Shown here: in pieces, positions 16,859-24,121 of the stretch
Position numbering within the stretch: the first letter of the stretch is position 1
How the letters are laid out: each line of letters opens with the position of its first letter
Assembly: GCA_963719325.1 (NCBI GenBank)
Contig: CAVRBW010000024.1
Span: forward strand, 16,968-80,967
Reading direction: 5' to 3'
Source: an uncultured Actinomycetes bacterium
GTDB taxonomy: Bacteria; Actinomycetota; Thermoleophilia; Gaiellales; Gaiellaceae
Length of the DNA stretch: 64,000 nt
Program-made: the position numbers and the translations under genes
Notes under the pieces: generated by a model
Told to the model about the DNA's origin: nothing
Databases searched by the model: none
The model's input: the letters and a program-made list of their open reading frames with translations, nothing else

Positions 16859-19174
16859 GTGTCGAACCTGGGTGGTATTCACGAACCGCCGCTGCGGGCG
16901 GCACATGCGGAGCGGCCGGACCGGATCGAGGCCCTCAAGCGTGCCCTGATCGGTCGGCCCCGGTCGGGGACGGAGATGGACGAGACGCTCCTCTCGAAGA
17001 AGCTCGCGCTGCCGGTCTTCGCGTCGGACCCCCTCTCGTCGGTGGCGTACGCGACCGAGTCGGGCCTCGTCGTCCTCGTTGCCGCCTCGGCGGCCGCCGC
17101 CAGCCGCATCCTCCCGATCTCGTTCGTGATTGCGGCCCTGCTCGCGATCGTCATCCTCTCGTATCGCCAGACGGTGCGTGCGTACGAGACGAGCGGCGGC
17201 GCCTACGTCGTCGCCAAGGACAACCTGGGAACGCTGCCGAGCCTGATCGCCGCCGCCGCCCTCCTCGTCGACTACATCCTCACCGTCGCGGTCTCAGTCG
17301 CCGCCGGGATCCTTGCAATCACGTCGCTGGCACCCTCGGTCGCGTCGCACAAGGTCGCTCTCTGCCTCGCCGCGGTGGCGTTGCTCACGGTCGTCAACCT
17401 GCGCGGCGTCCGAGAGTCCGGAATCGCCTTCGCGCTTCCGACCTACTCGTTCGTGGTCGCGATGTACGTGATGGTCGCGTTCGGAGTCGGCAAGTGCGTC
17501 GCAGGGAGCTGCGCGCAAGCGGTGGTTCCCGATCCAGTCGCGATGGGCTCCGGCGCGATCGGCGTGTTCCTGCTCGTTCGGACTTTCGCATCCGGAGCCG
17601 TCGCGCTGACGGGCGTCGAAGCGATCTCGAACGGCGTGGGGGCATTCCGACCCCCGAAGGGACGGAACGCGGCCACGACGCTCGGGGTGCTCGGGGCCAT
17701 CTCGATCACGCTGTTCCTCGGGGTCTCCTACCTCACCGTGCGGATGCACGCGCGCCCGAGCGACACCGTCTCGCTCGTGTCCGAGATCGCGCGGGCGACC
17801 TTCCCGGCGGGCTCGCCCGGCTCGTTCATGTACTACGCCGTCCAGATTCTCACCTTCGCGATCCTGGTCCTCGCGGCGAACACCTCCTACCAGGGCTTCC
17901 CGCGCCTGGCCGCCGTGCTCGCCCAGGATCGGTTCTTCCCGCGCCAGTTCGTCAATCTCGGCGACCGCCTCGTCTACTCGAATGGAATCATCGTCCTCGC
18001 CGGCCTGGCGTCGCTCCTGATCTGGATCTTCGACGCCGACGTGATCGCGCTGATCCACCTCTACGTCGTCGGGGTCTTCACCGCCTTCACGCTCTCGCAA
18101 GCCGGCATGGTCCGCTACTGGCGCCGCTACAAGCAGCCCGGCTGGCGACGCCGGGCGGCGATCAACGGCGTCGGCGGGGTCACGACGGGCGTCGTCACGC
18201 TGCTCGTCATCCAGGCGAAGTTCCTTGCCGGCGCGTGGATGGTGACGATCGCGGTGCCGACCCTGATCGGAGTCTTCTTCCTGATCAACCGCCACTACCG
18301 CAAGGTCGCGCGCCGCCTGCGCGCCGGGGTCGCCGCCGTCGTCGCCGCTCCGCCGGCGACCAACCAGGTCGTCCTGTACGTCGAGTCGTTCGACACCGCT
18401 CTGCGCGAGGCGGTCTGGTACGCCCGCCAGATCGCCGGCCACGACTTCCGGGCGATCCACGTCCCCGGTCCTCATACGGACACCGGAATCCGTCCCCGGT
18501 TCCGTCAGCTGACCGACGTTCGGCCCGACCTGGAGATTGTCAGGCCAGAGGCCGGCCGGGCTGACGCGGTGATCGACTACCTCTGGGCGCTGCCGCGCGG
18601 AGAGTCGAACTTCGTCACCGCAATCATTCCCGAGAGCTTCCGGCGGCCCTCGCTGACGGCGGCGCTCGCGCACCGGATGCAGTTCTCGCTCAAGGTGCGT
18701 CTGCTCGCGGAGCCCGGCGTGGTGATCAGCGACGTACCTGTTCTCGCACGGAGGGCACCCGCGTGGCAGCCGCCCAAGCGCGCAGTCTGTCGCGTACTCG
18801 TCTCCGGGTCGCACGCAGCCTCCATGCGCGCCGTCAACTACGCGAGCGCGCTCGGGCTCCCCGACACGACTGCGCTCTTCTTCGCCTTCGACTCCGACGA
18901 GGTCGAGCGGATCGAGACCGAGTGGGAGCTACGCCCGATGCCGATCCCGCTCGAGGTCGAGCAGGCGCACTTCCGCGACCTCGGCGACCCGCTGCTCCGG
19001 TACCTCCGCCAGATCACGGCAGATCCAGACACGGTCGCGGTCGTGGTCATGCCCGAGCTGATCTTCAGCGGCCCGCAGCGGCTCCTGCACAACCAGCGGG
19101 CCCTCTACATCAAACGGCTGCTTCTGTTCGAGCCACGTGTGATCCTGACCAGCGTTCCCTACCGACTCAGCTGA
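16859..19174 (+). CDS. APC-superfamily permease, KimA-like K+ transporter candidate, with tandem C-terminal cytoplasmic domains
   Basis: The N-terminus LKRALIGRP...LSKKLALPVFASDPLSSVAYATE...ILSYRQTVRAYETSGGAYVVAKDNLG...LLVDYILTVAVSVAAG matches my recollection of the B. subtilis KimA/YdaO N-terminal pattern. About 12 TM, then two related ~110-aa soluble repeats. Confidence 0.7.
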   Translation: MSNLGGIHEPPLRAAHAERPDRIEALKRALIGRPRSGTEMDETLLSKKLALPVFASDPLSSVAYATESGLVVLVAASAAAASRILPISFVIAALLAIVILSYRQTVRAYETSGGAYVVAKDNLGTLPSLIAAAALLVDYILTVAVSVAAGILAITSLAPSVASHKVALCLAAVALLTVVNLRGVRESGIAFALPTYSFVVAMYVMVAFGVGKCVAGSCAQAVVPDPVAMGSGAIGVFLLVRTFASGAVALTGVEAISNGVGAFRPPKGRNAATTLGVLGAISITLFLGVSYLTVRMHARPSDTVSLVSEIARATFPAGSPGSFMYYAVQILTFAILVLAANTSYQGFPRLAAVLAQDRFFPRQFVNLGDRLVYSNGIIVLAGLASLLIWIFDADVIALIHLYVVGVFTAFTLSQAGMVRYWRRYKQPGWRRRAAINGVGGVTTGVVTLLVIQAKFLAGAWMVTIAVPTLIGVFFLINRHYRKVARRLRAGVAAVVAAPPATNQVVLYVESFDTALREAVWYARQIAGHDFRAIHVPGPHTDTGIRPRFRQLTDVRPDLEIVRPEAGRADAVIDYLWALPRGESNFVTAIIPESFRRPSLTAALAHRMQFSLKVRLLAEPGVVISDVPVLARRAPAWQPPKRAVCRVLVSGSHAASMRAVNYASALGLPDTTALFFAFDSDEVERIETEWELRPMPIPLEVEQAHFRDLGDPLLRYLRQITADPDTVAVVVMPELIFSGPQRLLHNQRALYIKRLLLFEPRVILTSVPYRLS

Positions 19175-19190
19175 CCCCGCATGGCACCGT

Positions 19191-20453
19191 ATGGGCGTGA
19201 ACCGCGAGGCGCGAGGAGGAACACTGATCGCCGGCGGCGGCTATGCCGGCTCGATGGTGGCACGGCTGCTCGGCCGCCGCGGCGCGACGATCGTCAGCCC
19301 CGAGAACTTCATGCTCTTCACGCCCCTGCTTCCGGAGGCCGCGTCGGGAACACTCGAGCCGCGGCATGTCGTCGTCCCCCTGAGGTTGATGTGCCCGCAC
19401 GCCGAGCTCGTCCTCGGACGGATGACCGGCCTGGACGCCGAGCGCAAGGTCGTTACCGTGGATGCGCTCGACGGGCCGATCGAGCTCCGCTACGAGCAGC
19501 TCGTCGTCGCGCTCGGGTCCGTTTCCCGCGTTCTCCCGGTGCCGGGGCTCGCCGAGCACGGGCACGGATTCCGAGACCTCGCGGACGCGATCGCGCTCCG
19601 CAACCACGTGCTTCGCCGGCTCGAGGCCGCCGACGCAGCGTCGACGCCCGAAGTCGCCGCACGCCACCTCGGCTTCGTCTTCGTCGGCGCGGGCTACGCG
19701 GGCGTCGAGGCGCTCGCCGAGCTCTCCGACCTCGTTCGAGATGCGCTGCGCCACTATCCGCGACTCCGTGCCGTACGCCAGCGTTGGGTTCTCGTCGATG
19801 CCGCGCCGAAGATCCTCCCGGAGATTCCATCGCGGCTCGGCGACTACGCGGCCGCGCAGCTCCAGCGCAGGGGCGTCGAGATCCACGTCTCGACGCGACT
19901 CGAATCCGCCGATGCGACCGGCGTGCTGCTCTCGGACGGCAGGCGGATCGAAAGCGGCACGCTCGTCTGGACCGCCGGGGTTCGCGCCAACCCGCTCCTG
20001 GGCGCGCTCGGCCTGCCGCTGGACGACCGCGGCCGCGTCGTCGTCGACGAGCACCTACGCGTCGAAGGCCACGGCGACGTCTGGGCGCTGGGCGACGGCG
20101 CGGCCGTCCCGAACCTGGCGACACCGGGCCGGCGCGACCCACCCACATCGCAGCACGCTCTCCGGCAGGCCCGCCGGCTCGCGCGGAACCTCACGGGCGA
20201 CCCCGCGCCGTACCGGTACCGGATGCTCGGCCAGGTGGCGACGCTCGGCCGCTACAAGGGGATCGCCGACGTCTTCGGACTCCCGCTACGCGGGTTCCGG
20301 GGGTGGTTCGTCACGCGGACGTATCACCTCTACCAACTTCCGCTCCTCTCGCGGAAGCTGCGCGTTCTCGTCGACTGGACCGTGGCGCTCTTCTTCCGGC
20401 GGGACATTGCCGAGCTGGGCCTGCTCGGCCACCCGCGGCGGCTGACGCCGTAA
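19191..20453 (+). CDS. ndh: type II NADH dehydrogenase (NDH-2) / FAD-dependent pyridine nucleotide-disulfide oxidoreductase
   Basis: Two dinucleotide-binding motifs, IAGGGYAG and FVGAGYAGVE. WALGDGAAVPN near the C-terminus. Length 420 aa. Confidence 0.8.
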   Translation: MGVNREARGGTLIAGGGYAGSMVARLLGRRGATIVSPENFMLFTPLLPEAASGTLEPRHVVVPLRLMCPHAELVLGRMTGLDAERKVVTVDALDGPIELRYEQLVVALGSVSRVLPVPGLAEHGHGFRDLADAIALRNHVLRRLEAADAASTPEVAARHLGFVFVGAGYAGVEALAELSDLVRDALRHYPRLRAVRQRWVLVDAAPKILPEIPSRLGDYAAAQLQRRGVEIHVSTRLESADATGVLLSDGRRIESGTLVWTAGVRANPLLGALGLPLDDRGRVVVDEHLRVEGHGDVWALGDGAAVPNLATPGRRDPPTSQHALRQARRLARNLTGDPAPYRYRMLGQVATLGRYKGIADVFGLPLRGFRGWFVTRTYHLYQLPLLSRKLRVLVDWTVALFFRRDIAELGLLGHPRRLTP

Positions 20454-23198
20454 CGCAGACGACGCAACCGCAAGCGTTCGGTTCTTGCCGTCCAGCTTCG
20501 CGCGGTACATCGCCCGGTCGGCCGCCCGGAGGAGATCGACGAGAGCAGCGCCGTCGCTGGGATACGAGGCAACACCGAACGTCGCGGTGATCGGCTGCCC
20601 CGACTCGAGCCCCTGCTCGATCAGCGCACGGCGGAGACGTTCCGCGACGGCAACGGCGACCTCGGTCGTCGCGTCGGGAATCGCCAGGCCGAACTCGTCG
20701 CCACCGAGACGGGCGGCGACGTCCTCACGCCGTTTCTCGGACCGCAGGAACTGCCCGATCATCTGCAAGACCGCGTCGCCGCGCTCGTGCCCGCCGCGGT
20801 CGTTCACCGCCTTCAGATCGTCGCAATCGAGCATGACCAGAGCGAGCGACTGGCCCGTCCGCGCGGCGCGTTCCAGCTCATCGCGGCAGCGATCCCGGAA
20901 GCCGCGGCGGTTCAGCAGCCCCGTCAGCTCATCCGTGACCGCCGCCCGCTGTTCCCGTCGTAGCGCCAGCGCCGCGTCGAGAAGCGACGCGGCATGCTGA
21001 GCGACCAGCGTGGCCGCTTCGATCTGATCCTGGGTCAGGTGCAGGGGCCCCGGCGCACGACCGACCAGCACGCCGAGCTCCTTGCCTCCCACCCGCAACG
21101 GCAGCCAGATCAGACGGTGGTTCGAGTCTCCGCCCTTGGGTCGATCGATCCCGAGCGACTGGAAGTCGAGGATGGAGCAGGTCGTCTCGACCGACTCGGC
21201 CTCCCGGGCGGCCTGCGCGAGAACCTCGGCCGGAAGCGGATCGACCACCGACTGCGACTGCCGCCAGAACCGCTCGATCGCGAATGCGCCCCGAGAGGTC
21301 ATGATGTTGATCTGGGCCGCCTCCAGGCCGAGCAGGCGCCCGAGCGTGCGGCAGGCGAACTCCGAGATCTCGCCTGCGCCGCGCAGCGAGCTCGCCTCCA
21401 CGAACACCCTCGCGAGGCTCGCTACGTCGGACCCGACGCCACGGCGCATCCGCTCGACTCGCTCACCGAGCTTGCGCGCGAGCTCCGCCAGAATCGCGAC
21501 CGACTCGGGCGGAAGGGCACGGTTGCGGGTCTCGAGATTGAGCACGCCCGCGGCAGGCGTGCAGTCGCCGAAGGGAATCGCCACCTCCGAGCAGATCGCC
21601 GTCGCTGCGGCGATGAAATCGGGGTCGTCGCCGACGTTCGGGACGAACTGCGGCGCACCCGTGCGTGCGGCCCTGGCCAGTACCCCCTGATCGAGCCGAA
21701 AGCCGTCGCGGACCTGGTCGTACCCTTGCTGCGCCACGAGCCACAGCCGGTCGTGGTCGACGACGTAGACGCTCGGAAGCAGGTGGCGACCTCCACTCTC
21801 GACCAATGCCCTGAGTGCCGCGTCGACGCAGCGCGCATCGTCGCCGACGCTGCGCAACGCCGCCTGCGCGCTCTCGGCTGCGGCGGCGAGCACGCTTGGC
21901 GAGACCGTCTCGGGCGCAGACGCACCCTGCAACATCCGGTCGGCCGGTGCGATGCACGCCACCGGCTCGAGCTCGGCGCGCCGGCTCGTGAGCATCGGCG
22001 CAGAGTCGAAGAAGAGCTCGAGCAGCAGCGGATCGAACTGTGCCCCTCCCTCGGGGGCCATCAACTCGAATGCGTCCTTCGCCGAGTAGGCCCGTCGGTA
22101 CGGCCGGTCGCTCGTGAGCGCGTCGAACACATCGGCGACAGCGGCGATGCGCCCCTCGAGCGGGATGTCTTCGCCCGCCAGCTTGTTCGGATATCCGGCC
22201 CCGTCGAATCGCTCGTGATGGGTAAGCGCGATCGTCGCGGCCAGCTCGAGCAACGGCGAGACCGATCCGGCAAGAATCGTGTGCCCGATCACGGTGTGCC
22301 GCTCGGCCAGCCGGCGCTCCTCCGGGGTGAGCTCGGACGTCTTGAGGAGGATGCTGTCCGGAATCGCGATCTTGCCGATGTCGTGCAGGCCACTTGCGAC
22401 CCGGATCAGCTCGCAATGCTCCTCCTCGAGGCCGAGACGGCGGGCCAGAACGGAGCAATACCGACCCATGCGCTCGGTGTGACGCCCGGTCTCCGCATCC
22501 CGGAACTCGATCGCCCAGGCAAGCCGGCGGATCATCTCCTCGCGAGACATCTCGAGATCCGCCTCCGAGCGCCGCAGCTGGGCGATCGCCTGGTGAAGGT
22601 CCTCTTCGGCGTGCGTCCGCTCGACCAGCTCCTCCTTCAGCGCCGCGTAGATCTTGGCGTTGTTGAGCGCCAGCGAAGCGAGGCGCGCGAATCGCTCGAG
22701 GACCGCGAGCTCCGAGGGCCCGAACGTACCGGCTTCGTCCATGTACGCGAGCCCGATGACTCCGACGACGGTCGGCCCGTTGCGGAGCGGAACGCCGACG
22801 AGAGCCCCGATGTTCAGGTAATCCAGGTCGCGCAGACGATGCTCCCAGCGTCGGTAGCAATCCACCATGAGCGGCGCCCCGGTCTCGAGCACTCGCCCGG
22901 CGAGTCCGCTCCCCCGCCCGACCGTGTGGCCGATCGTGTCGACGAAGATCCCGGTCGCAACCTCTCCGCGAAGGAGCTCGCCCCCGTCCTCGACGAGGTA
23001 GAGGTACCCGTGTGGCGTCCCGATCAGGCGGCCCGCCCGGTCGACGATCGCGTCGAGGACGACGCTGGGATCGAGCCCTTCGACCAGCCCGAGTGCGGTC
23101 TCGTGCAGCGCTTCGAGCTCGGTGTTGCGCCGCCGGAGCTCGTCGACCGGCGCGCTCGATGAAAGGCGGGGAACGGCCCTTCCGGACGGCCTCGTCAC
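20286..23198 (-). CDS. multidomain c-di-GMP signalling protein: GAF - HD-GYP - GAF - GAF - GGDEF
   Basis: HD-GYP motifs HDIGKIAIP ... HHERFDGAGYP. GGDEF domain with RGGHERGD and intact GGDEF (RLGGDEFGL). Three GAF-like segments. GTG start at 23198 chosen downstream of the nif3 stop; the ORF track extends to 23423. Confidence 0.8.
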   Translation of the reverse strand: MTRPSGRAVPRLSSSAPVDELRRRNTELEALHETALGLVEGLDPSVVLDAIVDRAGRLIGTPHGYLYLVEDGGELLRGEVATGIFVDTIGHTVGRGSGLAGRVLETGAPLMVDCYRRWEHRLRDLDYLNIGALVGVPLRNGPTVVGVIGLAYMDEAGTFGPSELAVLERFARLASLALNNAKIYAALKEELVERTHAEEDLHQAIAQLRRSEADLEMSREEMIRRLAWAIEFRDAETGRHTERMGRYCSVLARRLGLEEEHCELIRVASGLHDIGKIAIPDSILLKTSELTPEERRLAERHTVIGHTILAGSVSPLLELAATIALTHHERFDGAGYPNKLAGEDIPLEGRIAAVADVFDALTSDRPYRRAYSAKDAFELMAPEGGAQFDPLLLELFFDSAPMLTSRRAELEPVACIAPADRMLQGASAPETVSPSVLAAAAESAQAALRSVGDDARCVDAALRALVESGGRHLLPSVYVVDHDRLWLVAQQGYDQVRDGFRLDQGVLARAARTGAPQFVPNVGDDPDFIAAATAICSEVAIPFGDCTPAAGVLNLETRNRALPPESVAILAELARKLGERVERMRRGVGSDVASLARVFVEASSLRGAGEISEFACRTLGRLLGLEAAQINIMTSRGAFAIERFWRQSQSVVDPLPAEVLAQAAREAESVETTCSILDFQSLGIDRPKGGDSNHRLIWLPLRVGGKELGVLVGRAPGPLHLTQDQIEAATLVAQHAASLLDAALALRREQRAAVTDELTGLLNRRGFRDRCRDELERAARTGQSLALVMLDCDDLKAVNDRGGHERGDAVLQMIGQFLRSEKRREDVAARLGGDEFGLAIPDATTEVAVAVAERLRRALIEQGLESGQPITATFGVASYPSDGAALVDLLRAADRAMYRAKLDGKNRTLAVASSALRRQPPRVAEQAQLGNVPPEEERHGPVDENAQLPREERKLVEVIRPRDEPPPEPA

Positions 23199-23235
23199 AC
23201 CTGAAACAATCGTGCCTCTACAAGAAAGGCAACAT

Positions 23236-23249
23236 CCCCCGGGTGGGGG
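23236..23249 (-). terminator. weak hairpin after nif3
   Basis: On the minus strand: CCCCC-ACCC-GGGGG, 5 nt after the nif3 TAG, followed by the T-containing ATGTTGCCTTTCTTG. The stem is only 5 bp. Confidence 0.3.
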
Positions 23250-23254
23250 TCGGG

Positions 23255-24121
23255 CTATTTCGGGCCGTCCGGCACGAACGCGGCTTCGAGGCCGCGCAAC
23301 CGGAACCAGTCGACCATCGCCACCTGAGGCGGCTTCTCCATGCCGTAGTGCATGGCATCGATCAGGGCGACCCCCTCGGCGTCGGCCAGCCGCCGGAACG
23401 CGCGAACCTGCTCCTGAACCCACTCGAGCCGGCAGTTCGTCGCCGCGTTACCGGTGACGTAGGTCTGACAACCGCGGGAGAGCGAGGCCTCGAGAATCTC
23501 GGCCGACGCCCCACCGCCCGCGACCATCGCCACGCGACCGGCCTCGCCGCGAGGGCGGGTGAGCACGTGCACCTTGATCTCCGGGCCTAGGTAGCCGCGA
23601 AGCGCGTCGGCGAGCCCGTTCACGGTCAGGTTGCTCTGCCCGATCACTGCGGCGCCGCCGGAGATGCCGGCGCAGATCGGGAAGTACTCCTCGAGCTCCT
23701 GGAGGCCGGCGCCCTGAGCGCAGAGCCTGGAAGGCGATACCTCCGGATGCATGTCGAGCGGCGCGTGCGCGTTGTAGAAACTGATTCTCCGCTCACGCAT
23801 CGACTCGTACGTCTCCGCGGCGAGCGGCAGAAAGCCCGGCTCGTCGCCGAAGTCGAGGGGATGCTCCGAGAAGAGGAACGTGCCCGGCTCGAGGGAGGCG
23901 ACGATCCGGTCGCTCGGAAAGACGCACGTCGCCACCCGTTGCACGTCGCTCGTCCCTCGGACGGACAACCCGTTCCAGCGGCCCTCCCACTCCGGCATGA
24001 CGTACTCGCGCCAGTACGGCTCCGGGTAGACGGCTGCAAAGACATCCGCCCAGTCGTCGTCACGGACGTCGGAGATCCTGAAGTAGGCATCGAGCTCGGC
24101 GACGAGCCCCGCGAGCCTCAC
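23255..24121 (-). CDS. Nif3-family dinuclear metal centre protein (GTP cyclohydrolase 1 type 2 homologue)
   Basis: Last ~288 aa of the 826-aa ORF: LDAYFRISD ... FSEHPLDF ... AHAPLDMH ... GNAATN ... IDAMHYGMEKP. GTG start overlaps the ligD-Pol stop (GTGA). Confidence 0.75.
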   Translation of the reverse strand: MRLAGLVAELDAYFRISDVRDDDWADVFAAVYPEPYWREYVMPEWEGRWNGLSVRGTSDVQRVATCVFPSDRIVASLEPGTFLFSEHPLDFGDEPGFLPLAAETYESMRERRISFYNAHAPLDMHPEVSPSRLCAQGAGLQELEEYFPICAGISGGAAVIGQSNLTVNGLADALRGYLGPEIKVHVLTRPRGEAGRVAMVAGGGASAEILEASLSRGCQTYVTGNAATNCRLEWVQEQVRAFRRLADAEGVALIDAMHYGMEKPPQVAMVDWFRLRGLEAAFVPDGPK

